Shown: positions 1 through 9,937 of the stretch, one piece after another
Layout: each line of letters begins with the position of its first letter
Position numbering within the stretch: the stretch's first letter is position 1
Assembly (NCBI GenBank): GCA_963745025.1
Contig: CAVUWD010000006.1
Location: forward strand, 256,001 to 320,000
Reading direction: 5' to 3'
Origin: an uncultured delta proteobacterium
GTDB lineage: Bacteria; Desulfobacterota; Binatia; JACPRU01
Length of the DNA stretch: 64,000 nt
Translations under genes and position numbers: made by a program
Notes under the pieces: model-generated
What the model was told of the DNA's origin: nothing
What the model saw: the letters and a program-made list of their open reading frames with translations, nothing else
Databases searched by the model: none

Positions 1-212
1 CGACGAACATCTTCGACCGTCCGACCAGGACGACACGTGACGACTCGCGGACGCGGAACCTCGCCACACGTTCGATCGTTCCGTCGGTCTTCGCGTGGGT
101 GGACAACACCTCGACGGTCGTACCTCCCGGCCCGTAGATCTCCTCGAGCGCCTCACTGACGCGCTCTGTGGTGAGCAGGCGGACTTGCCATTCGCTGAGA
201 TCGCGCAGGCAT
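1..212 (-). CDS. Partial CDS running off the window edge, possibly chorismate lyase/UTRA-like
   Basis: The minus-strand frame reads LRDLSEWQVRLLTTERVSEALEEIYG...TVEVL...IERVARFRVRESSRVVLVGRS and is open to position 1. A GGAG+ATG lies just upstream but one base out of frame. Confidence 0.3.
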
Positions 213-381
213 CACGCTCCGCGGGCCCACCACGAAGTGAATGGCGGTCGAGAACTCGCCGGTGGCGATCGATCCGCTCGGCGAGCCAGTCTGCCGCCGG
301 TGCCACCACGGGCCAAGGCCGGTGTCGCATCGGGCGGCTCCTCTATCGTAAATTCGCGAGCAAGACGATAGCTTCAAAACC

Positions 382-1698
382 ATGCATCGACGAATCGACT
401 ACGGACGAACGGGACTCGAGATCGAGATCCCCCCCGGCGCGGACGTCGAGGTGGTCGAGAGCCCGCGTGCCACACCGCTCGCGGATCCAATCGAGGCGGT
501 GCGCGCCGCGCTCGCGCACCCGATCGGCACGCCGCCGCTGGCCGACATCGCGCGAGGCAGGCGCGACGCCGTCGTCGTGATCTCGGACAAGACTCGGCCG
601 GTGCCGAACGGCGTGATGTTGCCGTCGATCCTCGAGACGCTCGAGCGCGCCGGCATCGCGCGCGAGCGGATCGAGATTCTGGTCGGCACCGGTCTCCATC
701 GGGCCAACACCACCGAGGAGCTCGCCGAGATGACGAGCCCGGAGATCGTCGCCGGTTATCGCATCCGCAATCACGCGGCGCGGGATCGGGCGAGCCACCG
801 CCACCTCGGGCGGACGAGCCGCGGCACCGAGATCTGGCTCGACGGGGGCTACCTCGACGCCGACTTGAAGATCGTCACCGGTCTCATCGAGCCACACTTG
901 ATGGCCGGCTTCTCCGGCGGCCGTAAGGGGGTCGCTCCCGGCCTCGCCGGCGTCGACATGATGCGCACCCTCCATGGACCCGCGATGCTCGAGGACCATC
1001 TCGGACCCGGCATCCTCGAGGGGAACCCGTTTCACGAAGAGCTCCTCGAGATCGCGCGTCGGGCAGGTGTCGATCTGCTCGTCAACGTCGCGGTCGATCG
1101 CCAACGCCGGCTGACCGGGGTGTTCGCGGGCGATCTCGTGGAAGCGCACCTCGCCGGGGTACGCCTCGTCGAAGAGCACGTGAGAGTCGACCTCGACGCC
1201 GGGGCCGACATCGTGGTCACGTCGGCGGGGGGATATCCGCTCGACGCGACGCTCTACCAATCGATCAAGGGGCTCATCGGAACGCTCAATGTGGTGAAGC
1301 GCGGTGGCAGCGTGATCCTCGCAGCCGAGATCTCGGAGGGGATCGGCAGCGCGGAGTTCCGGAAACTACTCGGCGAGCTCACCGGTAACGAGCCGTTCAT
1401 GGAGAAGATCACGCGGCCGGGCTTCTTCGTGATCGATCAGTGGATGGCGCAGCATCTCTGCCAAGTGCTGCGCAAGAGCGAGGTCACGATCGTCTCTCGC
1501 GGTCTCGACCTCGCGGCATTTCCACGCTTGCCGATCCAGCGGGCAGCATCGGTCGAGGAGGCACTCGCCGGCGCACTCGCCAAGCACGGCCGCGGCGCGC
1601 GTGTGCTGTTGATTCCGGAAGGTCCTTACGTGATCGGCACCGTGCGCGGCCGGAAGCTTGCCATCGGTCGTGCGTGGCAACAGGGCGAGGCCGCTTGA
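382..1698 (+). CDS. larA: Nickel-pincer-dependent lactate racemase family protein
   Basis: Motifs SDKTRP, GTGLHR, EPHLMAGFSGGRK and LYQSIKG are typical of the LarA/DUF2088 family. Confidence 0.85.
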   Translation: MHRRIDYGRTGLEIEIPPGADVEVVESPRATPLADPIEAVRAALAHPIGTPPLADIARGRRDAVVVISDKTRPVPNGVMLPSILETLERAGIARERIEILVGTGLHRANTTEELAEMTSPEIVAGYRIRNHAARDRASHRHLGRTSRGTEIWLDGGYLDADLKIVTGLIEPHLMAGFSGGRKGVAPGLAGVDMMRTLHGPAMLEDHLGPGILEGNPFHEELLEIARRAGVDLLVNVAVDRQRRLTGVFAGDLVEAHLAGVRLVEEHVRVDLDAGADIVVTSAGGYPLDATLYQSIKGLIGTLNVVKRGGSVILAAEISEGIGSAEFRKLLGELTGNEPFMEKITRPGFFVIDQWMAQHLCQVLRKSEVTIVSRGLDLAAFPRLPIQRAASVEEALAGALAKHGRGARVLLIPEGPYVIGTVRGRKLAIGRAWQQGEAA

Positions 1699-1717
1699 TC
1701 GACGACAAGCGTAGCCG

Positions 1718-2620
1718 CTACTCGAACGCGCGCATCAGCTCCTCGATCGCCTTCATCTGTCCGCCCGAGGCCGAGGAAGGCACGAGGATGGGCGTCTTCA
1801 CTCCGGCGGCAAGCCAAGCCTCGAAGCCGTGGCGCACCGCGGCAGCCGACCCGAAGAGCGTGACGTCGCGAAGCCAGCGATCGGACATCGCCGCGGCGAC
1901 GCCGTCGCGATCGTTGGCGGCGATCGCCTGCTGGATTCTCCGCATCTCGTCCTCGTAGCCCGCCTCGATCCAGTAGTTCTGATAGTTCGGCAGCGCGGCG
2001 TAGCCTCGTAGCGTCTTGCGCATCACGGCCGCCGCGGCCGCGCCATCGTCGGAGATGCAGGTGGGGATCATGTTGCCGACGAAGAACTCCTCGGATTTGC
2101 GCTGCTCGGGCTTCAGAAGGGCGAGCGACGCCGGCATGTGGGACCGCGCCGCATTGGCCCAAACGGCACCGCTGGCGATCTCGGCGGCGAGCCGCACCAT
2201 CGGCTTCCGTAGCGTGGCGAGCACGATCGGCGGCAGATCGCCATCGGCTTCCGCCCCCTTGCGCAGCTCCTCGACGAATCGCCGTACGTCCTCCGTCGGC
2301 TTCCCGGTCTTCACCTCGTAGTGGGCATTCACCGGCGCGTGGCTGACACCGATGCCGAAGCGGAAGCGGCCGCCGGAGATCTCGTGCACGAGGCAAGCAG
2401 TCTTCGCGTAGTCGTGAGGGTGCCGCGTATAGATGTTGACGATCGAGGTACCGAACGGAATCGAGCGGGTAACGAGGGCGAGCGCCTCGCAAAGACCGAG
2501 CCCGTCACCGAAGCTCGGACAATAGAGCCCCATGAAGCCCCGGCGTTCGATTTCTTGGGCGAGATCCAGGGTGGCGCGGCGGCGGCCAGCGATCGCAGCG
2601 AACGAGATGGCGGGCTTCAT
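1718..2620 (-). CDS. LLM-class flavin/F420-dependent oxidoreductase
   Basis: AQEIERRGF, FGTSIVNIYTRHP and SGGRFRFGIGVSH luciferase-like motifs. Confidence 0.85.
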   Translation of the reverse strand: MKPAISFAAIAGRRRATLDLAQEIERRGFMGLYCPSFGDGLGLCEALALVTRSIPFGTSIVNIYTRHPHDYAKTACLVHEISGGRFRFGIGVSHAPVNAHYEVKTGKPTEDVRRFVEELRKGAEADGDLPPIVLATLRKPMVRLAAEIASGAVWANAARSHMPASLALLKPEQRKSEEFFVGNMIPTCISDDGAAAAAVMRKTLRGYAALPNYQNYWIEAGYEDEMRRIQQAIAANDRDGVAAAMSDRWLRDVTLFGSAAAVRHGFEAWLAAGVKTPILVPSSASGGQMKAIEELMRAFE

Positions 2621-2707
2621 GCCCCCTTCATCGACGATCGATACCCGCGAGTCAAACCCTCTGGCCGCTGCCCGTCAGCTCCATCCGTGCCTCCGTTCGA
2701 ACGGACC

Positions 2708-3844
2708 CTACCGCAGGATCTCTCCGGTGTAGACCACCTCGAACGCGCTTCCCGGGATCCGCTTGAGATCGCCGAGACGCGAGTCGTTCCAACGCGGGTC
2801 GTGCGCACCGCTCACGAACCAATCCGAACCGTTGTCGGCGACGAACATGCCGTACTTCTTGAGCGCTGCGCAGACGATCTGCGCTTCCGAGCTATAGCCC
2901 GCGCAGCTGTAGGACGATTTCATCCGCAGTCGAAGCCCCATCGGCGGCCGGGCCGGATCCGTGCTCGACGACGCATAGTGCGTCGCGGGATGGATGTAGC
3001 CCTGTTGCGTGGCACGCACCGTGAAGCGGAGCGCGTGGTTGATGACACCCTGCTCGACGACCTCGTCGTATCGCACGAGCCCCGGGAAGATCGGCAGCCC
3101 CGCAGCGTCGGCCGACGTCCAGCCGTCTGGCCGCAATGCGTTGCTGCGCAGGTCGAAGATCGCGCCGGATCCAGCGTACCAACGGTCCGTGTAGGGATCC
3201 CCGCTCGAACCGGGCGGCCAGGCCCAGTAGAGCTCGTGGAGCTGGCAGCGCTCGAGGCCGAGCATGAGGATGTGGCGGTCACCGGTACCGTCTGAGCCGC
3301 CTTCGATCGGCGGGTTGTCGGGAATCGGATACGGCCCGGGATCGCTCTCGTCGGCGTAGAGGAAGGCAACGGGGACGAGGGGCTGCGCCGCGGGCACCAC
3401 CGCATAGGGGAAGCCGATCGGCGCGCCGTTCCAGAACGTGCCGAAGTCGGGATGCAGGTACTTCGTGGGCCCGATGAAATTGATGTATGCGGCCGAATTC
3501 GGATGGACCGGGTAGCTGGAGATGTCGGTGTTCCACGGATTGTCCGGCGGAAAGATCGAGCAGCTCGCCGACGTCGGAGTCGGGGTAGGGGTAGGCGACG
3601 AGGGCGGAGGCGGTGTCCGCGTCGGAGTCGGGGCGAGGGTCGGTGTGGCGCTCGACACGGGTGTATTCGTCGTCGTCGGCCTCGCGGTGGCGCTAGGCGC
3701 CGGCGTGGGCGTTCGCGTCAGGGTGGGCGTCGGCGTGCGTCTCCAGCGCGGTCGCGCCTCGGTCTCCCGCGGCGAGCCGATCTGCAGGAGTTGGCCGACG
3801 GTGAGTGCCAGGACGAGCGCGCCAAGCCTCCGCGTTGATTTCAT
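2708..3844 (-). CDS. Secreted protein with Pro/Thr-rich linker and conserved C-terminal domain of unknown function
   Basis: Signal-peptide-like N-terminus (MKSTRRLGALVLAL), (TP)n linker, then FPPDNPWNTDIS/LHPDFG/GDRH/SADAAGLP/HALRF domain. Confidence 0.75.
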   Translation of the reverse strand: MKSTRRLGALVLALTVGQLLQIGSPRETEARPRWRRTPTPTLTRTPTPAPSATARPTTTNTPVSSATPTLAPTPTRTPPPPSSPTPTPTPTSASCSIFPPDNPWNTDISSYPVHPNSAAYINFIGPTKYLHPDFGTFWNGAPIGFPYAVVPAAQPLVPVAFLYADESDPGPYPIPDNPPIEGGSDGTGDRHILMLGLERCQLHELYWAWPPGSSGDPYTDRWYAGSGAIFDLRSNALRPDGWTSADAAGLPIFPGLVRYDEVVEQGVINHALRFTVRATQQGYIHPATHYASSSTDPARPPMGLRLRMKSSYSCAGYSSEAQIVCAALKKYGMFVADNGSDWFVSGAHDPRWNDSRLGDLKRIPGSAFEVVYTGEILR

Positions 3845-3858
3845 GTGTAGCGATCCAA

Positions 3859-3873
3859 GCAAGTTCGATACCG
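3859..3873 (-). promoter_or_regulatory. Putative sigma-54 (-24/-12) promoter
   Basis: Minus strand CGGTATCGAACTTGC matches GG-N10-GC with TTGC, just upstream of the ATG at 3844. Confidence 0.4.
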
Positions 3874-4051
3874 GGGCACAGAGCGAACTTCGGCGGGAAA
3901 GCCGACCCGAAATCGGCGTCCCGCACGAGAATCCAGCGATTTGCGGGCTCGGGTGTGACGAAATCGGTCACGTGCCCGTTACGGGTTCGACGGTTGCACT
4001 CGATCCTCGGCTTTGACATCTCGAATCGTTTGGCTACCACGAAGTCCGCAA

Positions 4052-5650
4052 ATGCCTCGAGACCTCGATCTGACGCTCTCGCTCGACGACGCCGCCAGCG
4101 ACGAATCGCTGCGCGCGTCGGTCGCCCGACGGCTACGGATCGACGTCGAGCGGATTTCCGCGGTCGAGGTGCTGCGCAAAGCAATCGACGCGCGCGGGGC
4201 GGGGGCGAAGTTTCAGCTCCATGCGCGTATCTTTCTCGACCACGAGGATCGCCCACGACGACCCGCCGCCGTCTCGCCTCCGCGGCTCGGGCCGTTGTCC
4301 GAACGAGAACGTCCCGTGGTCATCGTCGGGGGCGGTCCGGCCGGTCTCTTCTGCGCGCTCGGGCTCGCCGAGCGCGGCATTCGCGCCGTCGTCCTCGATC
4401 GGGGTAAGCCCGTACAAGCGCGTCGGCGCGACATCGCTCTGCTCAACAAGCAGGGGATCGTCAATCCGGAGTCCAATTACTGCTTCGGCGAGGGCGGCGC
4501 CGGCACCTACAGCGATGGCAAGCTCTACACCCGCGCCGACAAACGGGGGCCGGTCGCCGAGGTGCTGCGGACGCTCGTCGCCCACGGGGCGCCGCCGGAT
4601 ATCTTGGTCGACGCACGGCCCCACATCGGCTCGAACCGGCTCCCCAGAGTCGTGACGCGACTTCGCGAGACCCTCGTGGCGGCGGGGACGACCGTGCGCT
4701 TCGAATCGCGCGTCGTCCACCTTCATCGCGAGCGGGACCGGATCCGGGGCGTGCGATTGGCGAGCGGCGAGGAAATCGAGGCCGCCGCGGTCGCGATCGC
4801 CACGGGTCACAGCGCGCGCGACATGTTCGAGCTGCTCGCCGTGGCTGGCGCGCGGCTCGAGCCGAAGCCCTTCGCCGTCGGCGTGCGAGTCGAGCATCCG
4901 CAACCGCTGATCGACGAAATCCAATACGGCAAGGACGCACGCCATCCGTTGCTCCCGGCCGCTTCCTACCGTCTCACCGCAACGGTGACCGGCCGAGGCG
5001 TCTACTCCTTCTGCATGTGTCCCGGCGGATGGATCGTGCCGTCGACGACGGAGCCCGAAGCGATCGTCGTCAACGGCATGTCGCTGTCACGCCGCGATTC
5101 ACCATTCGCAAACAGCGGCATCGTCGTCTCGATCGAGCCGTCAGACCTGAAGGCGTTGGGCTACGCCGGTATCTTCGCGGGCGTTCTGTTCCAGGACTCG
5201 ATCGAGCATCGCGCCTGGCAGCTCGGCGGCGGAGCGCAGAAGGCGCCCGCGCAGCGCCTCACGGATTTTCTCGCCGGGCGCGAATCGCAGACCCTGCCGC
5301 GCTCGAGCTATCGCCCCGGCGTGCGCGCTGCGCCGCTTCACGTCGAACTGCCGCACCTTCTCTCCGAGCGGCTCCGCGTTGCGCTGAACCGATTCGGGCG
5401 CGCGATGAAAGGCTTCGTTACCAGCGAGGCGATCGTCGTCGGCGTCGAGTCGCGATCGTCGAGCCCGATCCGTGTGGTGCGCGATCCCGATACGCTCGAA
5501 AGCCCGACTCTCGCGGGACTCTTTCCGTGCGGTGAAGGTGCTGGTTACGCCGGCGGCATCGTCAGCGCCGCGCTCGATGGGCTGCGCGTGGCGGAGCGCG
5601 TCGCGGCTCGCGCCAAGAGTCGAGCCCACAGCAGCTCGCGCGATCGGTAA
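4052..5650 (+). CDS. Uncharacterised NAD(P)/FAD-dependent oxidoreductase
   Basis: GGGPAG dinucleotide-binding motif, FGEGGAGTYSDGKL, FCMCPGG and GEGAGYAGGI. Confidence 0.85.
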   Translation: MPRDLDLTLSLDDAASDESLRASVARRLRIDVERISAVEVLRKAIDARGAGAKFQLHARIFLDHEDRPRRPAAVSPPRLGPLSERERPVVIVGGGPAGLFCALGLAERGIRAVVLDRGKPVQARRRDIALLNKQGIVNPESNYCFGEGGAGTYSDGKLYTRADKRGPVAEVLRTLVAHGAPPDILVDARPHIGSNRLPRVVTRLRETLVAAGTTVRFESRVVHLHRERDRIRGVRLASGEEIEAAAVAIATGHSARDMFELLAVAGARLEPKPFAVGVRVEHPQPLIDEIQYGKDARHPLLPAASYRLTATVTGRGVYSFCMCPGGWIVPSTTEPEAIVVNGMSLSRRDSPFANSGIVVSIEPSDLKALGYAGIFAGVLFQDSIEHRAWQLGGGAQKAPAQRLTDFLAGRESQTLPRSSYRPGVRAAPLHVELPHLLSERLRVALNRFGRAMKGFVTSEAIVVGVESRSSSPIRVVRDPDTLESPTLAGLFPCGEGAGYAGGIVSAALDGLRVAERVAARAKSRAHSSSRDR

Positions 5651-5746
5651 GTCCGCTTCCGACGATCGCCGACGCTCGCCTTTCCCAGGCTCGGTTGCTA
5701 TCGTCCTCGGCTCTTGCGCTCACCCATCACCCTGTGGGGCAGACCG

Positions 5747-6136
5747 ATGAAGACCGCGACGGAGCTCTCTCTGTTCCTCGAAAACAAGCCGGGAACGCTG
5801 TCGGCGATCCTCGCCGACTTCAAGAAGCAGCACATCAACCTGGAGGCGATCATGGTCGTCGACCATGCCGATCACGCGCTCGTGCGCATGATCGTCTCCG
5901 ACAAGAAGCGCACGCTCGAGGCGCTCGAAGGTGCTGGACTCCTGGTGATCGAGGCCACGCTGCTGCGGATCGAGGCCTCGAATCGGCCGGGGGCGCTAGG
6001 CGAAGTCTGTGCCCGGCTCGCCCGAGCCAAGATCAACATTCAATATCTGTACGGCAGCGTCGGCATCAGCACGCGCGCCTGCTTGTTCCTGCGCGTGTCC
6101 GACGTCGCCCGCGCCAAGAAAGCGCTCGAACGTTGA
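5747..6136 (+). CDS. Tandem ACT-domain protein
   Basis: Two ACT repeats: LENKPGTL...INLEA and NRPGALG...INIQYLY. Confidence 0.8.
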   Translation: MKTATELSLFLENKPGTLSAILADFKKQHINLEAIMVVDHADHALVRMIVSDKKRTLEALEGAGLLVIEATLLRIEASNRPGALGEVCARLARAKINIQYLYGSVGISTRACLFLRVSDVARAKKALER

Positions 6137-6453
6137 GCGAAGCGATCGAGGTCGATCTGCGCGGCATCCCCTGCCCGCTCAACTGGGCCCACGCCAAGGT
6201 GCGGCTCGACGCGGCGCGGCGCGGCGAACGTTTCGCCTTCGTCGTCGACGACCCGCGATCGCGGCGGGATCTGCCGCGGGCGGCCGAGGCCGAAGCCTAC
6301 GCGGTGCTAGAGGTGGCGGAATTGAAGGCGGGCAGCTGGCGGATCGTAGTAGAAGAAAGTAGGGCTGCCTGCCGGAGCCGGTTCCGACACGGGAGCATCT
6401 TGGCGCAGCTAGCCCGGCAGATGACCCTGATCGCCGTCGGGCGCGATCCGTAG
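6133..6453 (+). CDS. TusA/SirA-family sulfur carrier
   Basis: DLRGIPCPLN motif and VVDDP. The TTG start overlaps the ACT gene stop. The tail after ~6355 may be a spurious extension. Confidence 0.7.
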   Translation: MSEAIEVDLRGIPCPLNWAHAKVRLDAARRGERFAFVVDDPRSRRDLPRAAEAEAYAVLEVAELKAGSWRIVVEESRAACRSRFRHGSILAQLARQMTLIAVGRDP

Positions 6454-6516
6454 CACCCTCCTAGCCGCTGCCGGTTGAGACCTCGCGGATTCTCTTGCGG
6501 TAGCTGGCAACCGTCT

Positions 6517-7038
6517 TCATCCGAGCTTCCACTCTCCCGTGTTCATCAACCGCTCGAGCGCCGCGACGATCCCGGGCTCGGCCCAGTCCCGGTAGCCGAT
6601 GTGATGGTGGACGATCCGCCCCGTGCGGTCGACGATGAACGTCTCCGGGTAGCCGGTGATGCCGAGATCCCCGCCGACCTGCCCCTGCGCATCGAGCAGC
6701 ACCGGGAACGTCAATCCCCGCGTCTCGATCCAGGGACCGACCTTCTCGGGATGCTCGTCTTCGCTGATCGCCAGCAGCACGAAGTCGCGTCCCGTCATCT
6801 TCTTCGACAGCGCTTCGAGCGTCGGCATCTCTTCGATGCAGGGCGGGCACCAGGTTGCCCAGAGGTTCAGCAGCACGACCTTGCCGTGTAGGTCATCCAT
6901 GCGCACCACTTTTCCCGAAAGGTCGGGCAGAACGAACTTCGGTGCTTCGCGCGAGCGCGCCGGCGCGCGCAAGGACATCCAAAGCGCCACGAGCCCCAGC
7001 CCGACGACGGTGAGGATGCGGAGCGAGCGGCCCGTCAT
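6517..7038 (-). CDS. TlpA/ResA-family thiol-disulfide reductase
   Basis: N-terminal TM segment, WATWCPPC, GYPETF. Confidence 0.9.
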   Translation of the reverse strand: MTGRSLRILTVVGLGLVALWMSLRAPARSREAPKFVLPDLSGKVVRMDDLHGKVVLLNLWATWCPPCIEEMPTLEALSKKMTGRDFVLLAISEDEHPEKVGPWIETRGLTFPVLLDAQGQVGGDLGITGYPETFIVDRTGRIVHHHIGYRDWAEPGIVAALERLMNTGEWKLG

Positions 7039-7823
7039 GCCGACGCCTCGATTCGCGGGCTACGCCAGAGAAGAAGCAAGACCCCGACCCCGAAGAGCGC
7101 GCTCGCAATCCACTGCGCTTGCGTCAGGCCGGCGGCGAGCACCGGCTCGACGCGAACGATCTCGATCGTGAAGCGGGCGACGCTCGAGGTCACCAAGTAA
7201 ATCCACATCAGCGAACCGTCGCGCAGTCCCCTTTTTCGGAGGCTCCAGAGCAGACAGAAGATCGCGCAGTAGGCGAGCGTCTCGTACACGGGCGCCGGAT
7301 GAACTCGCGTGTCCGGAGCGAGCCCGCTGTCGCGAAGCCAGGCCGCCCATCCGACGATCGCGCGCGGGTACTGCACCCCCCAGGGCATGCGAGTCGGCCC
7401 TCCCCAGTCGCCGTCGCCCGCCACCTGGCAACCGATCCGGCCGATCGCCTGGCCGATCGCCACCGCCGGCGCGACCATGTCGACCGCCGTGAGCCACGGA
7501 ATCGAGCGGCGCACGACGAATATGCTGAGCGATACGAAGCCGCCGATCAGGCCACCGTACCAGATGAATCCCGATCCGGAGAAGATCGACTCGATCGGAT
7601 GGAGCCGGAAGGTCTGCCAATCGGCGAGGATCGCCAGAAAGCGGGCGCCGACGATTCCGCCGACTGCCCCCCACAGCACGATCGACCACGCATCTTCGGG
7701 ATCGAAGCCCTTCCGTCCGAGCTCCACCGAGACGGCGTACCCCGCGATCAAGAAGCCGAGCGCCATCATCGCGCCGAAGCTGTAGATCGTCAGCGGTCCG
7801 ATTTTCAGGAGAACAGGAACCAT
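7035..7823 (-). CDS. lgt: Prolipoprotein diacylglyceryl transferase
   Basis: WYGGLIGG, GQAIGRIGC, HPAPVYE and RFTIE motifs; multiple TM segments. Confidence 0.9.
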   Translation of the reverse strand: MVPVLLKIGPLTIYSFGAMMALGFLIAGYAVSVELGRKGFDPEDAWSIVLWGAVGGIVGARFLAILADWQTFRLHPIESIFSGSGFIWYGGLIGGFVSLSIFVVRRSIPWLTAVDMVAPAVAIGQAIGRIGCQVAGDGDWGGPTRMPWGVQYPRAIVGWAAWLRDSGLAPDTRVHPAPVYETLAYCAIFCLLWSLRKRGLRDGSLMWIYLVTSSVARFTIEIVRVEPVLAAGLTQAQWIASALFGVGVLLLLWRSPRIEASA

Positions 7824-7917
7824 GGGACGGGAAAATAGACGAACTGCGCTCCACCGGCTACGGGGGGCCCCTGCATGCGGTTGACGGCTCTGCGATCCCG
7901 TGGTCCCCTCAGGCAGA

Positions 7918-8379
7918 ATGCCCTCCGCCGGCTTCTATGCGATCGAGCGCCACACGATCCGCTTCGGGCGGGACGGCGAGTGGTACAGCGACGGCGAGCG
8001 CATCGCCAATCGGCGAATCGCCGACCTTTTCAGCCGTTGCGTGCGACGAAACCCGCAGGGCGGCTTCATGCTGCAGATGGGCGACGAGCGGGCACCGATC
8101 GAGATCGAAGACACGCCGTTCGTCGTGCGCCAGATCGAGGGCGATCGCGAGCGCGGTTTCACGCTCGTCCTGAACGACGGGACGCGCGAGCCGCTCGATC
8201 CGGCGACGCTTCGCTCGGGCCCCGACAACGCGCTCTACTGCCAGGTGAAGGCGGGCGAGTACGAGGCCCGCCTGCTGCGTCCTGTCTACTACGCCCTCAC
8301 GCAGTCGGTGAAGGTCGGCGCGGATGGCCGCTTTGTTCTCGTCGTCGGCGGACGTGACTATCCGATCGATGCCCGCTGA
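7918..8379 (+). CDS. DUF1285-like protein
   Basis: DGEWY...I...LF, IEIEDTPFVV and EARLLRPVYY pattern. Confidence 0.65.
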   Translation: MPSAGFYAIERHTIRFGRDGEWYSDGERIANRRIADLFSRCVRRNPQGGFMLQMGDERAPIEIEDTPFVVRQIEGDRERGFTLVLNDGTREPLDPATLRSGPDNALYCQVKAGEYEARLLRPVYYALTQSVKVGADGRFVLVVGGRDYPIDAR

Positions 8380-8839
8380 TCCCGACTTCCAACTGGTTCT
8401 GGTTGCGCCCGAAATTCCTCCGAACACGGGCACTACCGCCCGCCTTTGTGCAGCGACGGGGACCCGCCTTCACCTGGTCGGCCCGCTCGGCTTCTCCCTC
8501 GAAGACCGGTACTTGCGCCGCGCGGGCCTCGATTACTGGCCCGCGGTCGATCTCGAGCGATACGACGATTGGCAAGGCTTCCGCGAAAAGCATCCGTCCG
8601 CACTGCTGCGGCTGTTCTCCGCTCGCGCCAGTCGCTCGTACACGTCAATCGAGTACCAGCGCGGGGATTTCCTCGTGTTTGGCGGTGAGACTCGCGGCCT
8701 GCCTGCCGAGTTGCTCCGGGAACACTCGGAGCGGACGTACACGATCCCCATGCGCACGGCGATCGTGCGCAGCCTCAACCTGGCCAACGCGGCAGCCATC
8801 GTTCTCTACGAGGCCCTGCGTCAGATCGGGCGCACATGA
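8369..8839 (+). CDS. trmL: tRNA (cytidine/uridine-34 2'-O)-methyltransferase
   Basis: PEIPPNTG, RRAGLDYW, FGGETRGLP and RSLNLAN SPOUT motifs. Confidence 0.92.
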   Translation: MPADPDFQLVLVAPEIPPNTGTTARLCAATGTRLHLVGPLGFSLEDRYLRRAGLDYWPAVDLERYDDWQGFREKHPSALLRLFSARASRSYTSIEYQRGDFLVFGGETRGLPAELLREHSERTYTIPMRTAIVRSLNLANAAAIVLYEALRQIGRT

Positions 8840-8842
8840 GGA

Positions 8843-8917
8843 GGGCTACGGCCGCAGGATACCGGCTACCGCAAGAGACGCCATGAATTCGTTGCCGCTA
8901 GCCGGTAGCCCGCCCCG
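8843..8917. repeat. Heptamer-palindrome (GGCTACR/YGTAGCC) intergenic repeat copy
   Basis: GGCTACGG...GGCTACCG-spacer-GCTAGCCGGTAGCC inverted arrangement; relatives at ~10571, 34760, 36048, 42974 and 45604. Confidence 0.6.
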
Positions 8918-8964
8918 TCGTCCGTTTTGATTCTCCGCAATTTCATCGTAAGAACCATCCCCGG

Positions 8965-9810
8965 ATGCCACCTACCCTACGTCTCCTGCCACTGATCCTC
9001 GCGCTCGGGATGAGCCTCGGCTGTTATTCGCCGACGGTCCAACGCACGCGTACCTACCATCCGTCGGACGCGGATCTCAGCGTGACGAGGATCGTTCACT
9101 CCTCGGCGGTGATCGACTTCCCCGAAACGAAGATCCTGCTCGACCCATGGTACAATCCGACCCCGCCGTTCGGCCCGTCGGAGCCGATGGGCCTGAGCCT
9201 CGAGAAATTGCCGCCGATGCGCGGCATCCTCATCACTCACAAGCACGACGACCACTTCGACGCCGACACGCTCCGAGACTATCCCGACAAGTCGCTCCGC
9301 GTGATCGTGCCGCCTGGCCTCGGCGCGCAAGTACGGGCGATGGGTTATCAGGATGTGGTCGAGCTCGAGCAGTGGGACCGCTCGCAGATCGGCAGCGTGA
9401 TCGTCACCGCCGTGCCTGCTCGACAGAGCGTTCTCGAGAACGGCTACGTGTTGCAGGGCAACTCGGTCACGCTCTACGTCGCCGGCGACACGCGATTCGA
9501 CGGGCAGATGTTCCGCGAGATCGGCGGGCTCTTCCCGACGATCGATGCGGCACTCCTCCCGGTCGGCGGGATCCGCATCTTCGGCGAGCGACTCGACATG
9601 AGCCCGGAGGAAGCCGCGGACGCGTTCGCGATCCTGAAGCCGCAGCACGTGATTCCGTATCACTACGGCCTCACCGGTCCGATGCCCCTTTTCCTGGGCA
9701 CGTCGGACGCCGAAAAGAAGTTTCAGGATGCCGTCGCCGAACGCGACGAGACCGCCCGCAAGGCGGTCATCATCCTCGAGCCCGGCGCGAGCTGGCATCA
9801 TTACCGGTGA
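8965..9810 (+). CDS. MBL-fold metallo-hydrolase, probable lipoprotein
   Basis: Lipobox-like SLGC, THKHDDH, AGDT and PYHYG. Confidence 0.8.
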   Translation: MPPTLRLLPLILALGMSLGCYSPTVQRTRTYHPSDADLSVTRIVHSSAVIDFPETKILLDPWYNPTPPFGPSEPMGLSLEKLPPMRGILITHKHDDHFDADTLRDYPDKSLRVIVPPGLGAQVRAMGYQDVVELEQWDRSQIGSVIVTAVPARQSVLENGYVLQGNSVTLYVAGDTRFDGQMFREIGGLFPTIDAALLPVGGIRIFGERLDMSPEEAADAFAILKPQHVIPYHYGLTGPMPLFLGTSDAEKKFQDAVAERDETARKAVIILEPGASWHHYR

Positions 9811-9908
9811 AGTAATTTAATGTGCCGATTCGACAATTCTTGCGTGGATCAGGCAGGACGCTAGTCCTCAGGAACTTGGAATTGCTCGTAAAATCGAGGC
9901 ATGAGCAC

Positions 9909-9924
9909 CGGCATGCCTCTTGCT
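9909..9924 (+). promoter_or_regulatory. Putative sigma-54 (-24/-12) promoter
   Basis: CGGCATGCCTCTTGCT closely matches TGGCAC-N5-TTGC, upstream of the response regulator ATG at 9938. Confidence 0.5.
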
Positions 9925-9937
9925 GGCAAAAACCTGC

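Noticed and set aside
3875-3985. c-di-GMP-I riboswitch upstream of the secreted protein
   Set aside because: Only partial GCAAA/GGGACGC resemblance; the GNRA loop and receptor are not evident.
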